From the sequence record DRR723986_2372: a DNA stretch of 64,000 nucleotides. One strand, 5' to 3'. This document shows positions 29,418 to 39,826 of the stretch, piece after piece (positions within the stretch are counted from its first letter, which is position 1; the number at the start of each line of letters is the position of its first letter). The position numbers and the translations under genes are program-made. The notes under the pieces were generated by a model, which had not been told where the DNA came from, ran no database searches, and worked only from the letters and a program-made list of their open reading frames with translations.

Positions 29418-30179
29418 ATGAAGAAACTGATCTACACCCTAGCGCTGTTGCTAACTCCTTCGATTGCACTAGCTCAAGCTACAGACGTTGCGTCTGACAA
29501 GTCGGCAGCCAAGAGCGGCAAGCAAACTAACAAGAAGAAAGTCGCGGGCAAAGGCAACAATGCGTTCAAGGCGATCTTCGACGGCAAGACTCTTGATGGA
29601 TGGCGAGGCCGTGAAGACCTGTGGTCTGTTGAAGATGGCGCGATCACGGGCACAACCACCGATGAAAATCCGATCAAACAAAACACGTTTCTGATCTGGG
29701 ATGGTGAGGTTGCCAATTTTGTTCTGAAGCTGGATTTCAAAATCGGCGCACAAGGTAACTCCGGAATTCAATACCGAAGCAAGGTGATCGACGAGAAAGA
29801 ATTCGTTGTCGGTGGTTACCAGGCCGACATCGACCCGTCCATGAAATTCGCCGGAATCAACTATGAAGAAAAAGGACGCGGTATCCTCGCACAGCGCGGA
29901 CAGCGTCTGACCATTCAAGCGGATGGCAAGAAGATGGTCGAACAATTCGGTGACAAGGATGAGCTGGCCAAGAAGATCAAGCAAGAGGACTGGAACAGTT
30001 ACCGGGTCGTTGCGAAGGGCAACAAGCTGAGTCACTACATTAACGGTGTTCTCATGAGTGAAGTAATTGACAGGCAGAAGGAGAAGGCCAGCGAAAAAGG
30101 CGTCGTTGCACTCCAAGCCCACCGTGGCCCTGCCATGAAGATCCAATTCAAGAACATCAAACTGCGTCGTCTTAAGTAA
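29418..30179 (+). CDS. DUF1080 (3-keto-disaccharide hydrolase-like) secreted protein
   Basis: IFDGKTLDGW, WSVEDGAI, NSGIQYR, GYQADI, WNSY, ALQAH, FKNIKLR. Confidence 0.92.
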   Translation: MKKLIYTLALLLTPSIALAQATDVASDKSAAKSGKQTNKKKVAGKGNNAFKAIFDGKTLDGWRGREDLWSVEDGAITGTTTDENPIKQNTFLIWDGEVANFVLKLDFKIGAQGNSGIQYRSKVIDEKEFVVGGYQADIDPSMKFAGINYEEKGRGILAQRGQRLTIQADGKKMVEQFGDKDELAKKIKQEDWNSYRVVAKGNKLSHYINGVLMSEVIDRQKEKASEKGVVALQAHRGPAMKIQFKNIKLRRLK

Positions 30180-30217
30180 GCCGGCGACAGAATCATCTTG
30201 CGACCTAAATTCACCCG

Positions 30218-30251
30218 AGGCTTCGTCACATAATGTGTCGGAGCCTTTTTT
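30218..30251 (+). terminator. Rho-independent terminator
   Basis: AGGCTTCG-CACA..TGTG-CGGAGCC stem followed by T6. Confidence 0.75.
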
Positions 30252-30311
30252 GTGGCCCTACTGTGGTGGTTCGGCTCCATGCATCGATGTTCAAGTGGCA
30301 AGACGGCTGTA

Positions 30312-31604
30312 TCACTCCGCCTTGCGATCCTCCGTGATTCGCCAACGCCTCGGGACGATCAAACGGGCTCCGCGCGAGAATGTGATGTAGGACCAAGACC
30401 AAGTAAGGAAGACGAAGAAGCGATTTCGAAATCCGCTTAGGTAGACGATGTGGATGAATAACCAGGCGAGCCAGGCAAGCGTGCCGGTGAGCTGCATTTT
30501 TCCGGACTGTGCAACCGCACGTCTCCGACCGATGGTCGCCATCTGCCCTTTGTCGTAGTAGGCAAAGGGTTCTCGGTTCTCGCCGTTTGGTGTTTGGGAA
30601 CTCTTGATTTCGTCACGCAACATCTTCCCAACATAGATTCCCTGCTGGATCGCCACTGGAGCCAAGCCGGGCAGCATTTTTCCGTCTTTCCCGGTAGCAG
30701 CAGCTTGATCACCGACCACAAAGATGTTTGGGTGGTCAGGAATGGTTAGGTCTGGACCAACGATGACTTGTCCACATCGATCTTGGGGCACGCCTAGCTT
30801 GCCGCCCAGTGAGCTTGCTTGGACGCCAGCAGCCCAGATGACCGTTTTCGCCGCAATAAAATCATTGCCAACGCGTGCTCCTTCGGCATCGATTTCAGTC
30901 ACACGATCCCCCAACCGCACTTCAACGCCCAGGCTTTCCAGAGCCAATCGACCGTAGCCCGACAACTTGTCAGGAAACTGCTTCAGGACCCGATCACCAC
31001 TTTGCACCAGAATCACCCGGGCACAGGTTGCGTCAATCGTGCGGAAGTCCCGTTTCAGGGTGAAGCGTGCCATTTCAGCTATCGCGCCAGCCAACTCCAC
31101 GCCCGTGGGCCCACCGCCCACAACCACAAATGTGAGGTAGCGATCTTGCAACTCTGCGTCATCGGTACGTTCGGCCTCCTCGAAAGCCATCAGCACGCGA
31201 CGTCGTATCTCGGTAGCTTGCGGAATGCTTTTCAGCCCTGGTGCGTGTTGTTCCCAACTGTCATTACCAAAATAACTGTGTTGTGCACCGCAGGCGACAA
31301 CCAAGTAGTCAAACGGTATCTTGCCAGAATCCGTGACGACGTACCGCTCCGACTTATTAATGTCAGTCACACTGCCGAGCAATGTCTTGACGTTCTTATA
31401 GCGATGCAACATAGATCGAATCGGTGACGCGATCTCTGATGGATCCAGTCCCGCCATCGCCACTTGGTAGAGCAATGGCTGAAAGAGATGATGGTTGCGA
31501 CGATCAATGACGGTCACGTCCGCCTTTCCGTCGCGCCCAAGCACCTTGGCAGCATTCAGACCGGCGAATCCCGCACCGACAATGACGACTTTCTTGCGAC
31601 TCAT
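30312..31604 (-). CDS. ndh: Type II NADH:quinone oxidoreductase (NDH-2 family)
   Basis: VVIVGAGFAGL, FQPLLYQVA, VVGGGPTGVELAG, WAAGV, DKGQMATIGR. Confidence 0.9.
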   Translation of the reverse strand: MSRKKVVIVGAGFAGLNAAKVLGRDGKADVTVIDRRNHHLFQPLLYQVAMAGLDPSEIASPIRSMLHRYKNVKTLLGSVTDINKSERYVVTDSGKIPFDYLVVACGAQHSYFGNDSWEQHAPGLKSIPQATEIRRRVLMAFEEAERTDDAELQDRYLTFVVVGGGPTGVELAGAIAEMARFTLKRDFRTIDATCARVILVQSGDRVLKQFPDKLSGYGRLALESLGVEVRLGDRVTEIDAEGARVGNDFIAAKTVIWAAGVQASSLGGKLGVPQDRCGQVIVGPDLTIPDHPNIFVVGDQAAATGKDGKMLPGLAPVAIQQGIYVGKMLRDEIKSSQTPNGENREPFAYYDKGQMATIGRRRAVAQSGKMQLTGTLAWLAWLFIHIVYLSGFRNRFFVFLTWSWSYITFSRGARLIVPRRWRITEDRKAE

Positions 31605-31832
31605 GCTGATCCCGGTAATTTACGGAGTGCTCCACGGCTCGCCTTTGCCGCAGTTTCCTAGAAAATCTTCGATTTTTCAGTATCCGTGTTTCAATGTATC
31701 CCTGCGAGTGATGCCCATAAAGGGGACGCAGCATGGCCGGCGGTTTAGCAAAACGGAACGGGCTGCACTACAATGCAACGCTCCAACGGCCCAACCGTTA
31801 TCCCACGAGTCTTGTTTCGAGAATACGTTATC

Positions 31833-33005
31833 ATGCCACGCAGCACCCTGATTTGTCGACTTACTCAAGCGGCGTTTATTGTCACTCTGTTCCTGGGCGG
31901 TACAACCATTTGCTCTGCAGCGGAAATTGATGTTTGGCTTGGCACCAGTGGCAGCCCGCTTAGCAAGGGCATCTATCACGCAACCCTCGACACCGACACG
32001 GGACGCCTTGGGCCGTCGAAATTGGTCGCTGAGATACGCGGGCCTGGCTTTTTGGCGATGCACCCGAACAAGGAATTCCTCTATGCAGTCGGCACGCTGG
32101 ATGGAAAGCCTAGTGTCGTTTGCTACCAGATCACTGCGACGGGCAAAAAGGCTTCGTTGAAGCTAGACAGCTCCGCTGAGATTGGTGACGGTGGGGCTGC
32201 GCACGTTTCAGTTGGACCTGACGCGAGTTTTCTGTTGACAGCACAGTATGGCGGTGGGTCTACAGGTGTCTTTGAACTGTCTCCAGACGGAAGCATTCGC
32301 GGGCGCACCCAACTACTGCCTCATAAGGGAGGTTCTGGCGTTGTGCCGAGACGACAAGATGCACCGCACGCCCACTGGACAGGCACTTCACCGGATGGAC
32401 GATTTGCCTTCGTACCCGATCTCGGACTCGACCAAGTTGTGATCTACAGTATCACCGACGGTCGACTTGCCCCCTCTGGTGCAGCCGACGTTCCTCCCGG
32501 CGGCGGGCCGCGACACATGAAATTCCATACCTCGGGCAAGTGGGTATACGTTCTGAATGAACTCTCATTGAGCGTTTCGGTCTTTGACTACGATGCGACG
32601 TCGGGAACGATGACTTTGAAGCAAACGATTCCCACCGTCGCGCAAGACCAACTGGCCAAGGAGCAGTTCAAGAGCTGCTCGGAAATCAGGGTGCATCCCA
32701 GCGGTCAGTATGTCTACGCCGCCAATCGTGGTCATGACACGATCACTGCTTTCAAGGTGGATCCGATGACCGGCGAATTGTCGGTGGTTGAAGTAGAGAA
32801 CGCTCGTGCTGTCACTCCACGGAACTTCAACCTTACGCCCGATGGTCGTTGGGCGCTGGTGGGGGGGCAGGACTCGCACACGTTGGCCGTTTTCGCGGTC
32901 GACGCGGGCACGGGCGAATTGACCTACAATCGAAGCGTCATCCACACTCCGTCGCCAATTTGCGTATTGATGATTCCCGAGGACCGTTTGGTCAGCGAAA
33001 AGTAG
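31833..33005 (+). CDS. Secreted lactonase, 6-phosphogluconolactonase-like 7-bladed propeller
   Basis: RQDAPHAH, PDLGLD, GGGPRH, NRGHDTI, PRNF; signal peptide. Confidence 0.9.
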   Translation: MPRSTLICRLTQAAFIVTLFLGGTTICSAAEIDVWLGTSGSPLSKGIYHATLDTDTGRLGPSKLVAEIRGPGFLAMHPNKEFLYAVGTLDGKPSVVCYQITATGKKASLKLDSSAEIGDGGAAHVSVGPDASFLLTAQYGGGSTGVFELSPDGSIRGRTQLLPHKGGSGVVPRRQDAPHAHWTGTSPDGRFAFVPDLGLDQVVIYSITDGRLAPSGAADVPPGGGPRHMKFHTSGKWVYVLNELSLSVSVFDYDATSGTMTLKQTIPTVAQDQLAKEQFKSCSEIRVHPSGQYVYAANRGHDTITAFKVDPMTGELSVVEVENARAVTPRNFNLTPDGRWALVGGQDSHTLAVFAVDAGTGELTYNRSVIHTPSPICVLMIPEDRLVSEK

Positions 33006-33198
33006 TCGTTTGGACAATAGCGACGAAGCGCAAATTAGTCCGCAATAAACGCCGTCAAGCATTGCCGAAGCCCTGGTGGCTCGGTAATCTTCAGTGAGCA
33101 GCATGAAGGGTCGCTGCGGTCCGTCGGCCGATTTTGGTTGTGCGGCGAATCTTGTCAAAGGCGTTTCCGCCGTTTCTTGTCTTGAGAGGTTGAATACG

Positions 33199-34083
33199 AT
33201 GCGTTGGAAGGGTCGAGAGCAAAGTGATAATGTCATTGATAGCCGTGGCAAGTCGGCGGGTGTCGCTCTTGGCGGAGGCGGTATCTTGGCGGTCATCGTT
33301 GCCGTCGTCTTCACCCTACTCAGTGGCGGTGATGCGGGCGATGCAGCTCGTGTAGCGGCTCAAAAGCTTCAGCAAAATCAAGATGTTCAGGCAGCCCAAG
33401 GTGGAGCCGTCGTCGCCGATGAAGCTGAGGAAGAGCTGCGGGTCTTCGTCGGTGTCGTTCTGAAAGACACCGAAGATGTTTGGACCGAGTTGATGCCTCA
33501 GGCGCTCGGCAAGTCCTACCAGAAGCCAAAGCTTGAGATCTTTCGCGGAAGCGTGCAATCTGCGTGTGGTCGCGCGAGTTCTGCGGTTGGACCGTTTTAC
33601 TGCCCAGGTGACAATCAAGTGTACCTGGACTTGTCATTCTTCGAAGAACTGAGAACTAAGTTCAAAGCTCCCGGCGATTTTGCGTGTGCCTACGTGATCG
33701 CTCACGAAGTTGGTCACCACATTCAAAACATGCTTGGCCTATCAATGATGGTCCAACAGAAGCAGGCTCAGCTTAGCAAGGCTGAGGGAAACAAGTGGAG
33801 TGTACGACTTGAATTGCAAGCGGACTTTTTGGCTGGAGTTTGGGCGCACCACCTGCAAAAGACTAAACGCGTTCTCGAAGAGGGCGATGTAGGCGAAGCA
33901 CTTAGGGCGGCTCAGCAGATTGGTGACGACACATTGCAACGAGAAGCAACAGGAATGGTTCGTCCGGATTCCTTTACTCATGGAAGCAGCGAGCAACGAA
34001 TCTACTGGTTTCGCAAGGGGCTCGAATCGGGCAGAGCCGCTGACATGGATTTGCTGTTTGAACTGCCCTACGAGAAGCTCTAG
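33199..34083 (+). CDS. ypfJ: YpfJ-family neutral zinc metallopeptidase
   Basis: MRWKGREQSDNVID, GPFYCPGD, YVIAHEVGHHIQ, ELQADF, FTHGSSEQR. Confidence 0.92.
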   Translation: MRWKGREQSDNVIDSRGKSAGVALGGGGILAVIVAVVFTLLSGGDAGDAARVAAQKLQQNQDVQAAQGGAVVADEAEEELRVFVGVVLKDTEDVWTELMPQALGKSYQKPKLEIFRGSVQSACGRASSAVGPFYCPGDNQVYLDLSFFEELRTKFKAPGDFACAYVIAHEVGHHIQNMLGLSMMVQQKQAQLSKAEGNKWSVRLELQADFLAGVWAHHLQKTKRVLEEGDVGEALRAAQQIGDDTLQREATGMVRPDSFTHGSSEQRIYWFRKGLESGRAADMDLLFELPYEKL

Positions 34084-34129
34084 GCTGCTCTGCTGCAGCA
34101 ATTAAGCACCCGCGGCCAGGCCAGGCAAC

Positions 34130-35230
34130 CTATGCCGTCGGAGGGGGCTGAGGTGGTTCGGTACCCGGTGACGTAGGAGCCGACAGCGGTGGTGCCGCTG
34201 CAGTTGGTGTCGGATTCGGGACTGTCGATGCAACAAGTGCGGGTTGAGGCTGACCGCCGGTGGTCCCCTTCGGAACTTCCACACTCTTCATCAACGCGAT
34301 CAGTTCGTCATCAACGCTCAGGCCTTCCACTTCCGCTTCGGCAGTCATGATCACGCGGTGCCGCAGCGCTGGTAGCAAAATCTCAGCGACATCATCGGGA
34401 ATCGCATAGTCGCGACCTCGAAACGAAGCTAACGTCCGAGCACCTTGGACCAGCGCCAGCCCAGCACGAGGTGATGCACCTAAGTGGAACGTGGGCCACG
34501 ATCGCGTCTGACGTACCAGTCGATTGACGTAAGTGAGCAACTCTGGTTCCACTCGCACGTTGGCGTTTGCCTGAACGATCTGCATGATTTCTTCGGGACT
34601 AGTTACGGTCTCCAATTCGTCTTTCATGCGTTTGGATAAATCCACTTGCTGCGAGTGCAGAGCAAGGATGTTTGCCTCTTCCTGTTCGCCTGGATAATCC
34701 ACGAGCACCTTGAACATGAATCGATCCAGTTGAGCTTCAGGCAGGTTGTAGGTACCTTCGCTCTCGATCGGGTTCTGCGTCGCCAAGACCAAGAAGGGCC
34801 GCGTTAGCTCGTGACTGGTTCCGTCGACGGTAACGCGATACTCCTGCATGATCTCAAGAAGAGCAGCATGCGTCTTTGCAGGCGAGCGGTTAATTTCGTC
34901 CGCTAGGAGCAACTGAGTGAACACAGGGCCTGGACGGAATTTGAACTCCTGCGTTCGCATGTCCAGCAGCGGTGCACCTGTGATGTCGCTCGGCATCAGG
35001 TCAGCCGTAAACTGAATCCGACCGAATTCACACCCCAGGACTTGCCCAAGCGCTCGGACGAACAGAGTCTTGCCCAAGCCCGGGAGGCTCTCGATCAGCA
35101 CGTGCCCACCTGAGAACAGAGCAACTTGAGTTGTAAGTACTAGTTCGGACTGACCGATGAAGAGCTTGGAAAGCTGGTGGGAAATGGCCTCGAATATTTC
35201 TTTCGTGCTACGCATATCAGAAGACTTCAA
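34130..35230 (-). CDS. MoxR-family AAA+ ATPase
   Basis: HVLIESLPGLGKT, RIQFTADLMPSDITG, LADEINR, ATQNPIESEGTYNLPEAQLDRF, GASPRA; Pro-rich tail. Confidence 0.95.
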   Translation of the reverse strand: MKSSDMRSTKEIFEAISHQLSKLFIGQSELVLTTQVALFSGGHVLIESLPGLGKTLFVRALGQVLGCEFGRIQFTADLMPSDITGAPLLDMRTQEFKFRPGPVFTQLLLADEINRSPAKTHAALLEIMQEYRVTVDGTSHELTRPFLVLATQNPIESEGTYNLPEAQLDRFMFKVLVDYPGEQEEANILALHSQQVDLSKRMKDELETVTSPEEIMQIVQANANVRVEPELLTYVNRLVRQTRSWPTFHLGASPRAGLALVQGARTLASFRGRDYAIPDDVAEILLPALRHRVIMTAEAEVEGLSVDDELIALMKSVEVPKGTTGGQPQPALVASTVPNPTPTAAAPPLSAPTSPGTEPPQPPPTA

Positions 35231-35284
35231 GTGAGTGGCTTAGACAGGAATATCGTGTTGAACTCGGCTAGACGGACTCGGAAA

Positions 35285-36865
35285 CTAGCTGTCGGGCCGT
35301 TGCTTTAGTGTATCTGGCTGATCCGCCGTTTTGGGCTGAACGTGCGGTGCCACTGGGGCAGAGCTCTGCTGTGGCGGTGATGCCGGAACACTATTTCCGG
35401 CGTCAGCGGTCGACTGCAACTGTGGTGATGACGAATCAGCCGACGATTGCATGTTGGCCACCGAACTAGCTGCTGCCTGCGGAGCTATTGGTTGGCCCGC
35501 CTGCTGTTTCGCACTGGGGCGGTCAAGCAACGACGTCACCCAGCCAGGCGGAGCCTCACGTCGCAGCCGCCGGAAGTATGTGTCAATCATCACCCCAGCG
35601 AAATGCCAATCGCGAGTTTCGTATAGCAATCGGCCCAATGCATCGACGTGCAAACCAAAGTCACGAACACTGCGAGCCTTTAAGCGTTGAGGGCGTCCAA
35701 GAATTGGCAGCATGGCGACACAGGCGACCACCGCAAGTATGGCCACGGGAACGGTCAGAACACTCAGTGGCCACACCAAAAACATTTCCAGCCCCGCGCC
35801 GCGAGAATCTTGCTCAGATATTTCAGAGATGAGTATCCCCTGGTCTCCGTATGCAAACAAAGCAGTGCGTTTCGTCGGAAGGCACTCTTCAATGATCTGG
35901 GTTGCAACTGCACGATGCAGTGGTTCGACTGCCGTTGCATTCAAAAATGGAGCTCCATTGGCGACGATCAGCAACTGGCTGCCAACAAAGGCGTCATTAG
36001 TCAGCCGGTACACAAGTGGAGTCCCATCTGTCGACTCCAGTAGAATCTCAGAATCCAACTCGAACTCAAACGCATCGTCCCATTCGCTCTGCGTCGCAAA
36101 CTCTTGTTCGCTCCAGACGGAACGTTCGAAGTACGTTTCTCCTCGACTGTAGTTGTTCTGCTTGGTCGGCGCTGCGGCGATCCAGGTCGGCGGTTTGGAT
36201 TGCCAGTCATCGGCATCTGGCGGCTGAAGAACGGTCCGAACAGGCCAGCTACCGCGAAGTCCTGTGAGCTGGTTAGCCCACGGCCCCTTGAAGGACTGAA
36301 CAACCACTCTTGGACGGGCGATGTCGACGTAGAACCACTGACAGAATGTATCTTCCGAAAATGCACTGATGCGTTTTTTCAGCTCCCTGCCTTCAACCCT
36401 AGCTGCCTCGACCGCGCCCTCTTGCTTCAATTCAGGCGCGACATTTGGCAGCGTCTTTTCAAGGTAGTAGGATTCAGCATTGAAGTCGCGACCGAAGTAG
36501 ACAACGCTCCGCCCAGGTTTTTCCCCCAGCCAATCGACCAGCCAATCACGTGCAGACTGTCCAGGCGGTGAAAACGTCTGGCCGACGAGAACAATCGTGT
36601 CCACCGAACGCATTCGAGGAGACAATTTTTGTGGTCGAATGCACTTCACACCCGCTGATTCCCACATGTCTCGATGAAGTCCCAAGCCGTTTAAGCTGCG
36701 ATTTTCGTCGGGCGCATTGACTGATCCGAACGGAGTGACTTCCGGCAAATAGCTGCTACACCCGCTGGCAAACAAAATCGCGATTGCACACGCAAACCGT
36801 CCAACGGGATGCGCGGTCACGGCGTTGCTCTTGCCTTGTGTAGACTGGGGTGGCCAGCTAGTCAT
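35285..36865 (-). CDS. DUF4350-like membrane/lipoprotein
   Basis: Position before MoxR; ASGC lipobox-like; C-terminal TM followed by LGRP..FGLHVDALGRL. Confidence 0.7.
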   Translation of the reverse strand: MTSWPPQSTQGKSNAVTAHPVGRFACAIAILFASGCSSYLPEVTPFGSVNAPDENRSLNGLGLHRDMWESAGVKCIRPQKLSPRMRSVDTIVLVGQTFSPPGQSARDWLVDWLGEKPGRSVVYFGRDFNAESYYLEKTLPNVAPELKQEGAVEAARVEGRELKKRISAFSEDTFCQWFYVDIARPRVVVQSFKGPWANQLTGLRGSWPVRTVLQPPDADDWQSKPPTWIAAAPTKQNNYSRGETYFERSVWSEQEFATQSEWDDAFEFELDSEILLESTDGTPLVYRLTNDAFVGSQLLIVANGAPFLNATAVEPLHRAVATQIIEECLPTKRTALFAYGDQGILISEISEQDSRGAGLEMFLVWPLSVLTVPVAILAVVACVAMLPILGRPQRLKARSVRDFGLHVDALGRLLYETRDWHFAGVMIDTYFRRLRREAPPGWVTSLLDRPSAKQQAGQPIAPQAAASSVANMQSSADSSSPQLQSTADAGNSVPASPPQQSSAPVAPHVQPKTADQPDTLKQRPDS

Positions 36866-37728
36866 GCGGTTGCTCCCGATACAGCCGGCACTGGATTCAA
36901 GGGGCCCTCGGTTCCGCGAACACAAGCGTGAAAGTCGTCGAGCTGCTGCCAGACTTCCATGAATCGCGCTTCGCTGAGAGGGTGCTTCCCAAAGAAACTG
37001 TCTTCGAATGCGAGAATGGTCGTCTCAAGGATTTGCTTCGCCCGGTAGGACTTTAACTCTCGCAAGTACATCCGGTTCGTCTTGCCCCGGTGCAGATAAA
37101 TATGCCGTTGGCGATCCAGTGCCAGTAGCATGTAACCGTAAAGGTAGATGATTGCTGCATCGTAGCTCTTTGAATCAATCAACCGCCGAACGGCCGCTAA
37201 AGGGTCATTGCCCATGTCAGCCTTGGCTTCAAACGGTAGGTCGACAACTTTCTTCGGGTCGATCTTGATTTCATCCTCGTCGCCTTTGTTGCGTACCATC
37301 CGCATTCCAGGTGCAAACTCGCGAATGAAAAACCAGACCAGCAGCCCAATGATCGCGATCGCCAACAGAACTGCGAGCAAGTAGAAGATCGCATTGAACA
37401 ATCCGGTAAAGAAGCTTGGCATTCCGCCAAAATCCCAATCTGGCCATAGATCCCACCAATCACTCTCGGTAGTGGACTCCGGTGCTACAGGTTTGGCTTC
37501 GGTACGCAGCGGGTTGTCGTGGAACTCCTCTAGGCGTGGCTCACGGAATTCACCGGTCTCTTCGTCGTACCAGCTCGCATCGGGAAATGACCGTAACGCT
37601 CGTTCAAAATCGACCTCGCTGTCAGGCTCAACGGGCGCAGCAAACAACTGTGCCGGAACCAAGCCCGACCCCAGGAGAACCAAGAATGGCCACGCTAGGC
37701 CTTGAAGGCTTTGCCGTTTAAGTTTCAA
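36862..37728 (-). CDS. DUF4129 domain membrane protein
   Basis: AIIYLY..L..L..GKTNRMYLREL..FEDSFFG. Confidence 0.8.
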   Translation of the reverse strand: MKLKRQSLQGLAWPFLVLLGSGLVPAQLFAAPVEPDSEVDFERALRSFPDASWYDEETGEFREPRLEEFHDNPLRTEAKPVAPESTTESDWWDLWPDWDFGGMPSFFTGLFNAIFYLLAVLLAIAIIGLLVWFFIREFAPGMRMVRNKGDEDEIKIDPKKVVDLPFEAKADMGNDPLAAVRRLIDSKSYDAAIIYLYGYMLLALDRQRHIYLHRGKTNRMYLRELKSYRAKQILETTILAFEDSFFGKHPLSEARFMEVWQQLDDFHACVRGTEGPLNPVPAVSGATA

Positions 37729-38734
37729 CGCCCGCCTCCTGCCGATTGTTTAGTTCGTTGGTTTGGTTACCCTTCGCAGTGGTCGAACTAGTGATCGAAG
37801 CCCCCGTAGAGATACTTCGGTTCTTGCCAGACAACCGTTCACTTTCGGCTCGCATCCGCAGTTCAATCTCCCAGCCTTCAAGGCGAATCCTGCTGTCCAG
37901 GTAGGTAAGGAATCGAAAAACGCAGAAAAACGTGCCCACCAACCACAGTGCGATCGGAAGTAAGACGTAATCGCAGAATGGCGACCACTGCCAAACGCCC
38001 GTTGCGATGCCTGAGAACCACATTCCTACGCCCAGCAGCATAGCTAGGATGAGTGTAGAAAAGAGCCCAGCGGACATCATCCTACCGATGTGCTCTCCAG
38101 CCAACATTCCGTTGAGTCGACTGCTTCTGCGGCGGTAGGTAACTGCTTTGCTCCCTTTCGGCGCCTTCAGCGGGCACATCTCCAGTGCCAAAATTTCAGC
38201 TCCGAAGGGTGCGACGGCGCGGATGATCAGACCACATATCGGCATCGCAATCAGAAGAAAGAACTCGTACGGCCAGTCAAACGTCTGTTCACGGCGGACC
38301 AATGGTTCCAGGAATATCGGTACGATCCCCAGCCGAATGACACCTAACACAAAAATGCACGGGAGCCATATTTTGCGGACGCGAATCAAGATTTCCCTGT
38401 AAGTGATCTTCTCAAAGAAGACTAGGCTGCCGAGCAATATCGTCGTGGGGACAAAAACAATCGAGTACTGCAGTCCATACAAGACGGTAATATGCATCGC
38501 TCGCCGCCAGCGAAGCGCCGTCTGGGGATCGTCGTATGAATCGAAGGCCCACTCGGCATCAGCCTGCAGCATCCAGTTCGTGGCGAGCATATCCAGCAGG
38601 AGTGCAGGTACGGAGAAAATCAAGCTGCTGACAAGAATGACAAACCAATGCTTCCTGAGCACCAAGAGGCAAAGATCAAATAGCTCGAGCGTGGAACGCC
38701 GGCGAATTGTAATGTCCGTCTTATCTAGTTGCAC
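37718..38734 (-). CDS. Hypothetical polytopic membrane protein of the RDD/SpoIIM module
   Basis: IRRRSTLELFD N-terminus; YLDSRIRLEGWEIEL C-terminus; GTG start right after the SpoIIM stop. Confidence 0.8.
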   Translation of the reverse strand: MQLDKTDITIRRRSTLELFDLCLLVLRKHWFVILVSSLIFSVPALLLDMLATNWMLQADAEWAFDSYDDPQTALRWRRAMHITVLYGLQYSIVFVPTTILLGSLVFFEKITYREILIRVRKIWLPCIFVLGVIRLGIVPIFLEPLVRREQTFDWPYEFFLLIAMPICGLIIRAVAPFGAEILALEMCPLKAPKGSKAVTYRRRSSRLNGMLAGEHIGRMMSAGLFSTLILAMLLGVGMWFSGIATGVWQWSPFCDYVLLPIALWLVGTFFCVFRFLTYLDSRIRLEGWEIELRMRAESERLSGKNRSISTGASITSSTTAKGNQTNELNNRQEAGVET

Positions 38735-38738
38735 GTCG

Positions 38739-39734
38739 CTATTCCTCAGTTTCCTGCGAGGTATAGCCAAGCACAATGAAATAGAACATCAGCAAGCTAC
38801 TAGAGAATATCCCAAAGCAAGCCTTAGCAAAGTAAGAAAGGCTGCTGGGCGAGATAAGCCCTTCAGTCAGTGCTGCCAGAAAAAAGAGTATGCCAGAAGC
38901 GGTCATGACAGGGATCGCCTTTTTGGCTTGAAGCCGCAGCGAATCCGCACGAGTCAGCCCCCATGTCAGTAACCAGCCACTGCCAATCCGCAGACCTGCA
39001 GCAGCCGCCAGTGCAATTGCGGTCAACTCGAAAGCACCATGCGCGGTAACGAACTCCATAAACGCGTCTCCGCCGTCCGTCTCACCGCGAGCCATATAGC
39101 CAAAGGATGCACCTAAGAGAGTTGCGTTGTATCCGGTCGTGTAAAGGCCGGGGACAATTAGCGGGCCCATCGCAAAACACTGCAGACCGATCCCTGTATT
39201 GTGCTGGATGTAGAAGGCAACCATCGCGAAGTTCGGGCCGATTCCCACTTCACTGGAATTGCGAAAGTCTACGTCCTCATACATCGTCGTCAGCGTTTCC
39301 ATCTGCTCGTCGCCGAGCATCTGCTCGGCAAACTGCGGGAACTTATCTTCGTGATAAGCGAGCAAAGCAGAAACGGTGAAGAGCCCGAAGAACAAGATCG
39401 CACAAATATGGACGCAACGATCCGTAAAGATCTGTCGCGGAGCTTGCTTCAATAACAGGTCCCCCCAAGTTCCGTACTGGAAACGATTGGATCGGTAGAG
39501 TGTGTTGTGAGCGCGTCCGACTAAATCATGCAAGTACTGAACGGACTCCGGCGAGAGGCGATATTGATCCGCCATCGCCAAATCGGCACAGGCCGCTCGA
39601 TAGAGCCGTGAAAGCTCCGTTAGCCGCTCACCGGAAACGCCCGATAGTCTGCGGGCAGAAATCTGACTGAGCATTTGCTCAAGTCGCACCCAGTCGGCAC
39701 GGCGCTTCTGAACAGTTTCTGCCGGCGTGGGCAT
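38739..39734 (-). CDS. SpoIIM (DUF95) family membrane protein
   Basis: LYRAACADLA, YIQHNTGIG, HGAFELTAI, AALTEGLISP. Confidence 0.9.
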   Translation of the reverse strand: MPTPAETVQKRRADWVRLEQMLSQISARRLSGVSGERLTELSRLYRAACADLAMADQYRLSPESVQYLHDLVGRAHNTLYRSNRFQYGTWGDLLLKQAPRQIFTDRCVHICAILFFGLFTVSALLAYHEDKFPQFAEQMLGDEQMETLTTMYEDVDFRNSSEVGIGPNFAMVAFYIQHNTGIGLQCFAMGPLIVPGLYTTGYNATLLGASFGYMARGETDGGDAFMEFVTAHGAFELTAIALAAAAGLRIGSGWLLTWGLTRADSLRLQAKKAIPVMTASGILFFLAALTEGLISPSSLSYFAKACFGIFSSSLLMFYFIVLGYTSQETEE

Positions 39735-39826
39735 GTACTACTCCAACAAGAACAAACGTTTGCAACTAGGCAGTTGCGGTGTAAACAGTCCGGAAACTCG
39801 ATCAACAGCCCCCGCCGACAGGATTC